From assembly GCA_045538095.1 (NCBI GenBank), contig JAZSQU010000017.1:6614-70613 (forward strand): a DNA stretch of 64,000 nt, written 5' to 3'. The translations under genes were made by a program, and so were the position numbers. Origin of the DNA: Acutalibacteraceae bacterium (lineage in GTDB: Bacteria > Bacillota > Clostridia > Oscillospirales > Acutalibacteraceae). Below, piece by piece: positions 50,238 to 57,602 of the stretch (its first letter is position 1; each line of letters starts with the position of its first letter). A model generated the notes under the pieces. That model saw nothing but the letters and a program-made list of their open reading frames with translations. It did no database searches and was not told where the DNA came from.

Positions 50238-53200
50238 TTATTCTTCTGATTTGTCCGATGAAATTTTACCTACAAACTCCTTAAGCACTTCAACGGGTGG
50301 TTTTCCGCCGAGCTTAAGAGTAATGTACGGACTTGTTTTTGCGGCGCTTATCATTGCTCTGCCTCTGAAGTGCTGACCGATTGCGGCAACAACCTCAGGC
50401 TTCAGCTCGTTTATAAATATGAGAAGCACCGTATTCTGCTGCTTGATTTCGTAAATGCCAAGCTTTGCTGCGTTGCTTCTCAGAAGTGCAACATCAACAA
50501 GACCCTGAACTGCTGCAGGCGGCTCACCGAAACGGTCAATGAATTCGTCCATAACATCCATAGCATCCTCACCGTTTTCAATTTCGGCAATTCGCTTATA
50601 CATATTAATTCTGTTTTTCACCGAATCAATGTAGGTTTCAGGAATGTGGGCATCTATAGCCACATCAATAAGGCACTCTTTTTTCGGCTTGAATTCCTCA
50701 CCTGTCTTCTCTTCCTCAATTGTTTCAGAGAGGATTTTCAGGTACATATCGTAGCCCACAGCCTCCATATGTCCGTGCTGCTGAGCACCGAGCACATTGC
50801 CTGCACCTCTTATCTCAAGGTCACGCATAGCAATACGGAAGCCTGAACCGAACTCTGTAAATTCTCTGATAGCCGAAAGTCTGCGCTGTGCAATTTCGCT
50901 GACCTCTTTACGGTTGTTATAGGTGAAATAGGCAAAAGCACGTCTTGATGAACGGCCGACTCTGCCTCGTATCTGATGAAGCTGAGCAAGACCGAGACGG
51001 TCTGCGTCCTCGATTATAAGGGTATTTGCATTTGGCACATCAACACCCGTTTCGATAATGGTTGTGCAGACGAGAATATCAATTTCGCCCTCAAGAAGTT
51101 GTCGCCACACCTCGCTAAGTTCCTCTTCGCTCATTTTGCCGTGACCTAAACCGATTCGTGCATCAGGGAGAAATTCCTTGATTTTAGCCGCAGTTTTTTC
51201 AATGGTATCCACTCTGTTATGGAGATAGTAAACCTGACCGCCGCGTCGAAGCTCTCTTTCCATTGCCTCAGCAAGCACGCTCATATCCTGAGCTACCACG
51301 TAGGTCTGTACGGGGTGTCTGCCTACAGGAGGAATTTCAAGAGAGGACATATCACGGATACCCGTCATAGCCATATTGAGAGTACGTGGAATGGGGGTTG
51401 CTGAAAGGGTAAGCACGTCAACAAGAGGGAATTTTTCCTTCAGCTTTTCTTTCTGTGCAACGCCGAAGCGCTGTTCCTCGTCTACAATAAGCAGACCTAA
51501 ATCCTTGAACTCCACTGTTTTTGCGATAATGGAGTGAGTACCAACGATAATATCGATACTGCCTCGCTTGAGGGCTTTTTTAATTTCTGTACGTTCCTTC
51601 TGTGTGCGGAAACGTGAGAGCATTTCAATTTCCACAGGGAAACCGTCAAAGCGCATTTTGATTGTCTGATAATGCTGAAAAGCGAGGATTGTTGTAGGCA
51701 CAAGAATTGCACACTGCTTTCCGTCTGCAATACACTTGAAAGCAGCACGCAGGGCAACCTCTGTTTTGCCGAAGCCTACATCACCGCAGAGAAGTCGGTC
51801 CATGGGACTGCTTCTTTCCATATCGGACTTGATTTCGTTAATCGCTATAAGCTGGTCGTCGGTTTCTTCAAACTCAAAGCGGCGCTCAAAGTCACTTTGC
51901 ATATCCATATCAGGCGAAAACGCATAACCCTTTGAGTTAATTCTTGCCGAATATATTTTAGTAAGCTGAGCCGCCATATCCTTTACGGCGGTGCGGACTT
52001 TTTTCTGTGTATTCTTCCATTCGTCTGAGCCGAGTCTACTGAGTTTGATTGTCTTATCCGTATCACCTGGTGAAACATACTTTGCAAGAAGGTCAAGCTG
52101 AGTTACGGGAAGGTAAAGCACATCAGCTCCACGGAAGTTAATTTTGATATAATCTTTGATTTTGCCTGCAACATTCATAGTCTTTATGCCATCAAAAACA
52201 CCGATACCGTGAACTGCATGAACAACATAATCGCCCTTGGTAATCTCTTCAAGAGAGGTAAGTCCCCTGCCCGTTTTGAATTTTCGCTGAGTCTTTTTCT
52301 GCGGTTTGGGAGTCGCTCTGCCGTAAGTAAAGAGCATAAACTTCTCAGAGGCATATTCAATACCGCCTGAAACACTGCCCGGATTTACGGACACGGTTTT
52401 TTCAGGGAATTCTGCAGGCACAATGGGGAAAAACCTTGATTTTATTCCCTCGGTTTCAAGGTCAAAGGCAAGTTCCTTCGCACTTTTTTCCGTACCTGCC
52501 ATAACTACAACGGTGTAACCTAATCTCTGTGCAGGCTCCAAATCTTCAAGAAGATAGGACAACGTGCCGTCCCAGCGGGAAGTCTGCTGTGCAGTTACAC
52601 TGACAAGATTTTTAACGGGCACATCAAATGAGCCACGGGCAAGATTATCAATAAAAACCGTTCTTCCGCCACTGTATTCCGAAAGCACCTCGTTCCAGGT
52701 AAGGGCAAAGGTGTCAAGTCCTTTTGTTAAAAGCCCATCCTCAAAGGCAGCACGGATATCCTCAAGAAGAAGCTGAGATGTAGTTGTGAATTTCTGTTTT
52801 ACATTGCTGCTTTCTGAAACAAAAAAGAGTTTGCCTTCCATATATTCAAAAACGGATGCGACGCCCTCATACGCAAGGGAAAGATAACGGTCAGGTGACG
52901 CAATATGCATAAAATGGCTGAGACGCTCAATGTCCTCATTTATTGACGCTTTGACCTTTACACTGCCCTTTCCTTTGACAGTAGGCAGAAATTCTTCAAG
53001 CTTTTTCTTCATTTCTTCGGGAGAGTCAAAAAGAATTTCCGTTGCAGGAGTTATGTCGATTTCGCTGAGTATTTCTGTTCTGCGCTGAGTTTCAAGGTCG
53101 AAAAGGGAAATAGAATCCACACTGTCGCCCCAGAATTCCACACGGCAAGGTGCAGAATGACCCGGTGCAAAAATGTCGAGAATGCCACCGCGAAGAGAGA

Positions 53201-53714
53201 ACTGACCCACACCGTCCACCTGCTCAGTTCGGACATAGCCTGCACTGATAAGCAGTTTTATAATGGCATGGGTGGAAATCTCGGTTTCTGTTGTAAGCTT
53301 CAGAATGTGCTTTTTAAGCTCTTCAGGCGGAATTGTAAGCTGGATTGCCGCCTCGATTGAGCATACTATATAATTGTAGTCACCGTCGAGAATACGGCAG
53401 AGTACACCAAGTCGCTTCTGCTCAAAGTCAAGAGATTTACTGTCCGTCTGACGGAAATTGAAATCACGGGCGGGATAGTGATACGCCCCTTCAGAAAAAA
53501 CATTCAGGTCTTCCGTAAGCTTTACTGCCGAAGCTTCATCAGGGCAGATTATGAGTGCCTTTTCGTCCATATCTTCAACGATAGAGGAGATATAATGAGC
53601 TTTATGCACCTGAGAAAGACCGATTACACCCATAGGAAGTGCACCGGTTTTTACGGCGTTTTTCACCGAAGAATATTCAATTGACTTTGAAAGAACAGCT
53701 GAAAAACCTGACAC
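50238..53714 (-). CDS. mfd: Transcription-repair coupling factor
   Basis: Mfd domains throughout (CarD-like domain, DEAD/DEEQRFG helicase, TRG motif). Start placed at GTG 53714, 8 nt after AGAGAGG. The 53774 start runs through the promoter. Confidence 0.9.
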   Translation of the reverse strand: MSGFSAVLSKSIEYSSVKNAVKTGALPMGVIGLSQVHKAHYISSIVEDMDEKALIICPDEASAVKLTEDLNVFSEGAYHYPARDFNFRQTDSKSLDFEQKRLGVLCRILDGDYNYIVCSIEAAIQLTIPPEELKKHILKLTTETEISTHAIIKLLISAGYVRTEQVDGVGQFSLRGGILDIFAPGHSAPCRVEFWGDSVDSISLFDLETQRRTEILSEIDITPATEILFDSPEEMKKKLEEFLPTVKGKGSVKVKASINEDIERLSHFMHIASPDRYLSLAYEGVASVFEYMEGKLFFVSESSNVKQKFTTTSQLLLEDIRAAFEDGLLTKGLDTFALTWNEVLSEYSGGRTVFIDNLARGSFDVPVKNLVSVTAQQTSRWDGTLSYLLEDLEPAQRLGYTVVVMAGTEKSAKELAFDLETEGIKSRFFPIVPAEFPEKTVSVNPGSVSGGIEYASEKFMLFTYGRATPKPQKKTQRKFKTGRGLTSLEEITKGDYVVHAVHGIGVFDGIKTMNVAGKIKDYIKINFRGADVLYLPVTQLDLLAKYVSPGDTDKTIKLSRLGSDEWKNTQKKVRTAVKDMAAQLTKIYSARINSKGYAFSPDMDMQSDFERRFEFEETDDQLIAINEIKSDMERSSPMDRLLCGDVGFGKTEVALRAAFKCIADGKQCAILVPTTILAFQHYQTIKMRFDGFPVEIEMLSRFRTQKERTEIKKALKRGSIDIIVGTHSIIAKTVEFKDLGLLIVDEEQRFGVAQKEKLKEKFPLVDVLTLSATPIPRTLNMAMTGIRDMSSLEIPPVGRHPVQTYVVAQDMSVLAEAMERELRRGGQVYYLHNRVDTIEKTAAKIKEFLPDARIGLGHGKMSEEELSEVWRQLLEGEIDILVCTTIIETGVDVPNANTLIIEDADRLGLAQLHQIRGRVGRSSRRAFAYFTYNNRKEVSEIAQRRLSAIREFTEFGSGFRIAMRDLEIRGAGNVLGAQQHGHMEAVGYDMYLKILSETIEEEKTGEEFKPKKECLIDVAIDAHIPETYIDSVKNRINMYKRIAEIENGEDAMDVMDEFIDRFGEPPAAVQGLVDVALLRSNAAKLGIYEIKQQNTVLLIFINELKPEVVAAIGQHFRGRAMISAAKTSPYITLKLGGKPPVEVLKEFVGKISSDKSEE

Positions 53715-53751
53715 CCATATCACCTCTCTTTTATTTTTACTCTGAAAGTAA

Positions 53752-53781
53752 ATTATATATCCAAAAATAACCAAAAGTCAA
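53752..53781 (-). promoter_or_regulatory. Probable mfd promoter
   Basis: Minus strand reads TTGACT (53776-53781), 18 nt, TATAAT (53752-53757). Confidence 0.5.
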
Positions 53782-53782
53782 G

Positions 53783-53814
53783 AAAAAAAAGAGAAACCCC
53801 CCACGGGATTTCTC
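53783..53814 (-). terminator. Terminator of P1
   Basis: Minus RNA: GAGAAAUCCC, GUGG loop, GGGGUUUCUC, then U8. Confidence 0.8.
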
Positions 53815-53833
53815 GGCTTAAGCTTTAATTAAC

Positions 53834-53941
53834 TTATGCTTCTTCCTTCTTGAAAACTGAGAAAAGTTCCTCGAGCCAACCGAAGATTTCTGTAAGAAGA
53901 GCCTTTACTTCGTCAAGGATTGCCTTTACATCTGCTGCCAT
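53834..53941 (-). CDS. Small peptide P1 (35 aa)
   Basis: GGGAGG RBS 9 nt upstream. MAADVKAILDEVKALLTEIFGWLEELFSVFKKEEA. Confidence 0.65.
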   Translation of the reverse strand: MAADVKAILDEVKALLTEIFGWLEELFSVFKKEEA

Positions 53942-53977
53942 TGTGTTTTACCTCCCTCTTTAAATTTTTACAAATAC

Positions 53978-54006
53978 ATTATATACTATCCTTTAAGAAA
54001 AATCAA
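53978..54006 (-). promoter_or_regulatory. P1 promoter
   Basis: TTGATT (54001-54006), 17 nt, TATAAT (53978-53983) on the minus strand. Confidence 0.6.
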
Positions 54007-54037
54007 TACTTGTGTATATTTTTTAAAATTTTTATCT

Positions 54038-54068
54038 AAAAAAATAACTGCTCCCTGAAGGAGCAGTT
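54038..54068 (-). terminator. Terminator of P2
   Basis: Arms aactgctcc and ggagcagtt, with U7 on the minus strand. Confidence 0.8.
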
Positions 54069-54076
54069 GACATTCA

Positions 54077-54175
54077 TTATTCAGCAGCGAGAACGCCTGC
54101 TTTTGTAAGAATATCGATTACAAGATCATAGATTTTTGTGAAAAATTCTGTGATGAATGTGAAGAACTGTTCCAT
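54077..54175 (-). CDS. Small peptide P2 (32 aa)
   Basis: GGAGG RBS 9 nt upstream. MEQFFTFITEFFTKIYDLVIDILTKAGVLAAE. Confidence 0.65.
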   Translation of the reverse strand: MEQFFTFITEFFTKIYDLVIDILTKAGVLAAE

Positions 54176-54226
54176 TATCCGCTACCTCCGTTTAGATTTT
54201 TGATAAGGTGTTCACCTTTCGTTTAC

Positions 54227-54255
54227 AGTATACATCATAAAATGATAAAAATCAA
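54227..54255 (-). promoter_or_regulatory. P2 promoter
   Basis: TTGATT, 17 nt, TATACT. Leader hairpin aaggtg/cacctt. Confidence 0.55.
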
Positions 54256-54281
54256 TAGTTTATGACGAAATGCAACATTTT

Positions 54282-54431
54282 TTATTCTTTTGTACCAAAG
54301 AGTTCATCCCACTTTGCAGCAGCAAGGAAGGGAGCAAGAATAGCGTAGAGAGCCTTGAACGCTTTCATAAGACCGTCAAAGAAGCCCTGCTTATCTGTGC
54401 CGAAAAGCTCGTATACGTAATCCATAATCAT
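54282..54431 (-). CDS. Small peptide P3 (49 aa)
   Basis: AGGAGGTG RBS 8 nt upstream. MIMDYVYELFGTDKQGFFDGLMKAFKALYAILAPFLAAAKWDELFGTKE. Confidence 0.65.
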   Translation of the reverse strand: MIMDYVYELFGTDKQGFFDGLMKAFKALYAILAPFLAAAKWDELFGTKE

Positions 54432-54466
54432 AGTTCTCACCTCCTGAGTTCGTTCTCTGTTTTGAA

Positions 54467-54495
54467 ATTATATCTCAATTTTGAAAATAAATCAA
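54467..54495 (-). promoter_or_regulatory. P3 promoter
   Basis: TTGATT, 17 nt, TATAAT on the minus strand. Confidence 0.6.
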
Positions 54496-54557
54496 TAGTA
54501 TATACAAAAATCTCATATACTTTTCACTTTTTTAATAATATCGAATGCCTATTAAAC

Positions 54558-54578
54558 AAAAAAGAGCCCAAAGGCTCC
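54558..54578 (-). terminator. Weak terminator of P4
   Basis: Arms gagcc and ggctc with a 4-nt loop, plus U6 on the minus strand. Confidence 0.5.
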
Positions 54579-54600
54579 TTTTCATTTAGTTGAATTTTGA

Positions 54601-54726
54601 TTATTCAGCGTCAGCGCCAAATTCGTCAACCTTGCCCATGATCTTTTCTACAAGAGCAAAGATAGCGTCAACAACCTTTTCGATGTTTTCGATGAATGTC
54701 ATTACATCTGCAAAGAAGTTTTCCAT
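54601..54726 (-). CDS. Small peptide P4 (41 aa)
   Basis: AGGAGG RBS 9 nt upstream. MENFFADVMTFIENIEKVVDAIFALVEKIMGKVDEFGADAE. Confidence 0.65.
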   Translation of the reverse strand: MENFFADVMTFIENIEKVVDAIFALVEKIMGKVDEFGADAE

Positions 54727-54775
54727 TACTTTACGCCTCCTATTTTTGTGATTTACCTTTTAAAGGTTCAGCTTA

Positions 54776-54804
54776 ATTATATACTAAGGCTTTAATAAAA
54801 TCAA
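54776..54804 (-). promoter_or_regulatory. P4 promoter
   Basis: TTGATT, 17 nt, TATAAT on the minus strand. Confidence 0.6.
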
Positions 54805-54824
54805 GAGTTTTCTTAAAATTTTTT

Positions 54825-54858
54825 AAAAAATTAAGAACTGCCGGTAAGCAGCTCTTAA
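54825..54858 (-). terminator. Terminator of P5
   Basis: Arms ttaagaactgc and gcagctcttaa (one mismatch), plus U6 on the minus strand. Confidence 0.65.
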
Positions 54859-54866
54859 ATAATTTC

Positions 54867-54959
54867 TTATTTGAAATAAGTGTTGATCCAATCCATAAGA
54901 CTGTTATACATAAGGGTAACAATTGCGATAAGTTCAGCGATAAGATCTGTAAGTACCAT
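54867..54959 (-). CDS. Small peptide P5 (30 aa)
   Basis: AAGGAG RBS 8 nt upstream. MVLTDLIAELIAIVTLMYNSLMDWINTYFK. Confidence 0.65.
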   Translation of the reverse strand: MVLTDLIAELIAIVTLMYNSLMDWINTYFK

Positions 54960-55012
54960 TTCAGTTTCTCCTTTTCTCTAAATTTTGTTGTTCAAGTATG
55001 AACGTTGGCATA

Positions 55013-55041
55013 ATTATACACCAAGGATTTTAAAATTTCAA
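55013..55041 (-). promoter_or_regulatory. P5 promoter
   Basis: TTGAAA, 17 nt, TATAAT on the minus strand. Confidence 0.6.
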
Positions 55042-55147
55042 GGGAAAGAAAAAATTTTTAATTATTATATGAAAAAAATTGTAACTGTATTAACTCAGGA
55101 AACGGCATTCTATTGTCTGATGCTGTGTAGTTGCTTTCAGCTGTAAG

Positions 55148-55182
55148 CAAAAACGGTACCACCCGTCAGGACAGTACCGTTT
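55148..55182 (-). terminator. Terminator of the P8-P7-P6 unit
   Basis: Arms aaacggtac and gtaccgttt with a 14-nt loop, plus a U-run on the minus strand. Confidence 0.6.
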
Positions 55183-55286
55183 TATGAAAATTATTGAATT
55201 TCTTTTTATCAACTTCAATTATGTAACCGATTCTGAGAAATTTTAGAATTTCATTGATGATACCGACTACAATCACAAAAATCCAT
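55166..55286 (-). pseudogene. P6: frameshifted or degenerate paralog of P7
   Basis: ATG 55286 gives only 11 codons. Shifting one base in the T5 run (55277-55281) reads MDF-VIVVGIINEILKFLRIGYIIEVDKKKFN..., which aligns with P7. No good SD. Confidence 0.5.
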
Positions 55287-55316
55287 TATACGTTTTTCCT
55301 GTAAAGTAAAACTTAA

Positions 55317-55424
55317 TTAAACAACGTCCTGCTCTACAAACTTGAGCTCGTAATCGATTCCAAGCATTTTTAAAACTTCGTTGATAAGACCTACAACGAA
55401 AGCGATAACATCATTCATATCCAT
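55317..55424 (-). CDS. Small peptide P7 (35 aa)
   Basis: GAGGAG RBS 8 nt upstream. MDMNDVIAFVVGLINEVLKMLGIDYELKFVEQDVV. Confidence 0.65.
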   Translation of the reverse strand: MDMNDVIAFVVGLINEVLKMLGIDYELKFVEQDVV

Positions 55425-55460
55425 TGTTATTTCTCCTCTTGATACTGAACTTTTTAAGAC

Positions 55461-55541
55461 TTACATTAAGCCTTCTTTTTTCATAATAGCTTCGATAATA
55501 TCAAAAATTCTTCCGGTAATAAAAGTTAAAAATCCCCACAT
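55461..55541 (-). CDS. Small peptide P8 (26 aa; 29 aa if started at ATG 55550)
   Basis: AAGGAG ends 9 nt before ATG 55541. MWGFLTFITGRIFDIIEAIMKKEGLM. Confidence 0.55.
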   Translation of the reverse strand: MWGFLTFITGRIFDIIEAIMKKEGLM

Positions 55542-55594
55542 ATTTGTCATCTCCTTTATTTTTTTGTTATCGGATTCATCACCGATACAATTTT

Positions 55595-55623
55595 ATTTTA
55601 CACTACAATTAACAATAAATCAA
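55595..55623 (-). promoter_or_regulatory. P8 promoter
   Basis: TTGATT, 17 nt, TAAAAT. Leader hairpin tatcgg/ccgata. Confidence 0.55.
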
Positions 55624-55650
55624 GTGGGTTAACTGTTTTTTAAAACTAAT

Positions 55651-55681
55651 AAAACAAAACCGCAAACCTTACGGTTTGCGG
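55651..55681 (-). terminator. Terminator of P9
   Basis: Arms ccgcaaacc and ggtttgcgg with loop ttac, plus a U-run on the minus strand. A second perfect hairpin aagttattt/aaataactt lies at 55684-55705. Confidence 0.8.
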
Positions 55682-55712
55682 TATAAGTTATTTGCAAATA
55701 ACTTAACTGAAA

Positions 55713-55856
55713 TTAGCCAACATAATCGAGACCTTCGTCTTTAGCAACGATGTTGAAGATTTCAGCAAGAATAACTGTGAGAAGATCAATGAAAGCAGCT
55801 GCCTTGTCTTCTGCATTAATAAGTGCTTCAATCTTGCCCTTAATACGATCAAACAT
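55713..55856 (-). CDS. Small peptide P9 (47 aa)
   Basis: AAGGAGG RBS 8 nt upstream. MFDRIKGKIEALINAEDKAAAFIDLLTVILAEIFNIVAKDEGLDYVG. Confidence 0.65.
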   Translation of the reverse strand: MFDRIKGKIEALINAEDKAAAFIDLLTVILAEIFNIVAKDEGLDYVG

Positions 55857-55876
55857 TATAGTATCCTCCTTATTAG

Positions 55877-55905
55877 ATTTTAGTAATGTAAATTTGACAA
55901 TTCAA
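55877..55905 (-). promoter_or_regulatory. Possible internal promoter for P9
   Basis: TTGAAT, 17 nt, TAAAAT within the 55-nt P10-P9 spacer. Confidence 0.4.
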
Positions 55906-55911
55906 ACAAAC

Positions 55912-56046
55912 TTATTTGATGAGGTTTGCGAACTCATCTTCGATTTCTGTGCCTACTTCCTTTTCGAAAATAGCCTTAACAAAAGCGATGATTTCGTCGA
56001 TAAGGTTGTAGATAGCGCTCTTTACAGCAGCTGTAAGATTATCCAT
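55912..56046 (-). CDS. Small peptide P10 (44 aa)
   Basis: GGAAGGAGG RBS 9 nt upstream. MDNLTAAVKSAIYNLIDEIIAFVKAIFEKEVGTEIEDEFANLIK. Confidence 0.65.
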   Translation of the reverse strand: MDNLTAAVKSAIYNLIDEIIAFVKAIFEKEVGTEIEDEFANLIK

Positions 56047-56128
56047 TGTGTAAGTCCTCCTTCCTCAATATTTGTTTATGGGATAAACCCAATAACATAC
56101 TAAAAAATAAAAGTGTCACTAGACAATC

Positions 56129-56269
56129 TTATTTAATGATGCCTACAACATCATCATAAGCGTCCTTAAGTTCGTCTTCTACTTCTGTGCCAACTTCTTT
56201 GTCCCAGATTGCTCTGATGAAAGCGATGATGTCAGCAAAGAGCTTTTCGAAAAATGCCTTAATATCCAT
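56129..56269 (-). CDS. Small peptide P11 (46 aa)
   Basis: AAGGAGG RBS 9 nt upstream. MDIKAFFEKLFADIIAFIRAIWDKEVGTEVEDELKDAYDDVVGIIK. Confidence 0.7.
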   Translation of the reverse strand: MDIKAFFEKLFADIIAFIRAIWDKEVGTEVEDELKDAYDDVVGIIK

Positions 56270-56326
56270 TGTACAAGTCCTCCTTTATAAATTTGCGTGA
56301 GGTACACACTCCTCTAACATAGATAC

Positions 56327-56355
56327 ATTATATAATAAGCAAAATTGTTTGTCAA
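56327..56355 (-). promoter_or_regulatory. P11 promoter (perfect consensus)
   Basis: TTGACA (56350-56355), 17 nt, TATAAT (56327-56332). Leader hairpin gagg/cctc. Confidence 0.7.
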
Positions 56356-56420
56356 TAGTTAATTCAAAAAAAGTTCATCAATTAACACGATTTCTTTATA
56401 AATTTTAATAAATTCATATT

Positions 56421-56454
56421 AAAGAAAAATAACGCACAGTTTTCTGTGCGTTAT
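56421..56454 (-). terminator. Terminator of P12
   Basis: 11-bp stem ataacgcacag/ctgtgcgttat with loop tttt, plus a U-run on the minus strand. Confidence 0.85.
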
Positions 56455-56552
56455 CACTTTGTTTCAATTGTGTCTCTTCTTAGCCGATAACGGGTACAAA
56501 GTAGACAAAGAAGAAACCGGGTATGCTGGCCTAAAAACTCAATAAGATAACC

Positions 56553-56693
56553 TTATTTTGTGCTGTCAAGAATGTTATCGTATGCATCCTTGAGTTCGTC
56601 TTCTACTTCTGAGCCAACTTCTCTATCCCAGATTGCTCTGATGAAAGCGATGATGTCAGCAAAGAGCTTTTCGAAAAATGCCTTAATATCCAT
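56553..56693 (-). CDS. Small peptide P12 (46 aa), close paralog of P11
   Basis: GGGAGG RBS 8 nt upstream. MDIKAFFEKLFADIIAFIRAIWDREVGSEVEDELKDAYDNILDSTK. Its first 23 aa are identical to P11. Confidence 0.7.
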   Translation of the reverse strand: MDIKAFFEKLFADIIAFIRAIWDREVGSEVEDELKDAYDNILDSTK

Positions 56694-56747
56694 TGTATAA
56701 TCCTCCCTTTAAAATTTATCTGAGGAAAAACCCTCTTGCGACTTCCG

Positions 56748-56776
56748 ATTATATATCAGAAATACATTTCTGTCAA
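56748..56776 (-). promoter_or_regulatory. P12 promoter (perfect consensus)
   Basis: TTGACA (56771-56776), 17 nt, TATAAT (56748-56753). Confidence 0.7.
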
Positions 56777-56842
56777 TAGTTTATTCAGAACAGCCCGATA
56801 AATAGCACTTTTTTAATAAAACTTAATAAATCTGAAATAAAC

Positions 56843-56874
56843 AAAAAAATAACACACAGCGAACTGTGCGTTAT
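56843..56874 (-). terminator. Terminator of the P14-P13 unit
   Basis: Arms ataacacacag and ctgtgcgttat (one G-U pair), plus U7. Homologous to the P12 terminator. Confidence 0.8.
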
Positions 56875-56888
56875 CAGGTTGAATTAAA

Positions 56889-56984
56889 TTATGCCTCTTC
56901 CTCTTCGTCAAGACCAATGAGGGGTCTGAGGTAAGCAAACATAAAGTCGAGTAGTCTGTTGATGATGTCGATAAGTTTCTGCAT
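56889..56984 (-). CDS. Small peptide P13 (31 aa)
   Basis: GGAGG RBS 9 nt upstream. MQKLIDIINRLLDFMFAYLRPLIGLDEEEEA. Starts 18 nt after the P14 stop. Confidence 0.65.
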   Translation of the reverse strand: MQKLIDIINRLLDFMFAYLRPLIGLDEEEEA

Positions 56985-57002
56985 AATAAATTACCTCCGT
57001 TA

Positions 57003-57110
57003 TTAGTTAACTTCGTTCTTGAGTTCATTGATGAATTTTTCAAGAATTTCATCAATGAAAGCGATAATTCTCATAAAAATAGCTTCGAACTGAGCCTTGA
57101 AATCTTCCAT
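57003..57110 (-). CDS. Small peptide P14 (35 aa)
   Basis: AAGGAG RBS 8 nt upstream. MEDFKAQFEAIFMRIIAFIDEILEKFINELKNEVN. Confidence 0.65.
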   Translation of the reverse strand: MEDFKAQFEAIFMRIIAFIDEILEKFINELKNEVN

Positions 57111-57154
57111 TGTGTTTTCTCCTTTCTGTATTTTATACAAAACTCTATAATGCT

Positions 57155-57182
57155 ATTATACACAAAATTAAAATAAAATCAA
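57155..57182 (-). promoter_or_regulatory. P14 promoter
   Basis: TTGATT, 16 nt, TATAAT on the minus strand. Confidence 0.55.
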
Positions 57183-57202
57183 TAGTTTTAAATTTATTTA
57201 AT

Positions 57203-57234
57203 AAAAAAAGTGCCACAAGCAAAAGCTTGTGGCA
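57203..57234 (-). terminator. Terminator of the P16-P15 unit
   Basis: Arms tgccacaagc and gcttgtggca with loop aaaa, plus U7 on the minus strand. Confidence 0.85.
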
Positions 57235-57247
57235 AAATTCAATTAAC

Positions 57248-57370
57248 TTATGCTTCGATACCGAGCTGCTTGTAAATGAATGCGAAGAGTTCCTTGAGGC
57301 CTTCTACGAAAGCGTCAACAAAAGCCTGGAAGTTGCCTTCTTTAATGTTGTTGATGATATTTGTAATCAT
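57248..57370 (-). CDS. Small peptide P15 (40 aa)
   Basis: AAGGAGG RBS 8 nt upstream. MITNIINNIKEGNFQAFVDAFVEGLKELFAFIYKQLGIEA. Confidence 0.65.
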   Translation of the reverse strand: MITNIINNIKEGNFQAFVDAFVEGLKELFAFIYKQLGIEA

Positions 57371-57412
57371 TGCGTTTTCCTCCTTGTTAGAATTAAATTT
57401 TAAAAAATCAAA

Positions 57413-57523
57413 TTAGAAGTTGAGATTAGCTTCGATCATGTTCTTAAGATATTCAGCAAGTGTGTCGAAGAACTTAAGAATTTCTGCCCAAAGATTGTCA
57501 AAGTTAAGGCTGATGTTTTCCAT
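57413..57523 (-). CDS. Small peptide P16 (36 aa)
   Basis: AAGGAGG RBS 8 nt upstream. MENISLNFDNLWAEILKFFDTLAEYLKNMIEANLNF. Confidence 0.65.
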   Translation of the reverse strand: MENISLNFDNLWAEILKFFDTLAEYLKNMIEANLNF

Positions 57524-57573
57524 TACGATATCCTCCTTTTTATATTTTAGGGACATCCCCCTAAGTTGATTAC

Positions 57574-57602
57574 ATTATATATCAGTATAAATGATTTGTC
57601 AA
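57574..57602 (-). promoter_or_regulatory. P16 promoter (perfect consensus)
   Basis: TTGACA (57597-57602), 17 nt, TATAAT (57574-57579). Leader hairpin ttaggg/ccctaa. Confidence 0.7.

Noticed and set aside
55070-55147. 25-codon plus-strand ORF MKKIVTVLTQETAFYCLMLCSCFQL between P5 and P6
   Set aside because: It has no Shine-Dalgarno or promoter, unlike every accepted micro-gene. It lies in the spacer between the P5 promoter and the P8-P7-P6 unit terminator.
54270-57403. Plus-strand ORF-track entries across the peptide array (54270-54593, 55381-55632, 55750-56103, 57110-57403)
   Set aside because: They run through the promoters, terminators and RBSs of the minus-strand micro-genes, lack SD sequences, and translate to low-complexity or hydrophobic nonsense. 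They are artefacts of AT-rich DNA and antisense frames.
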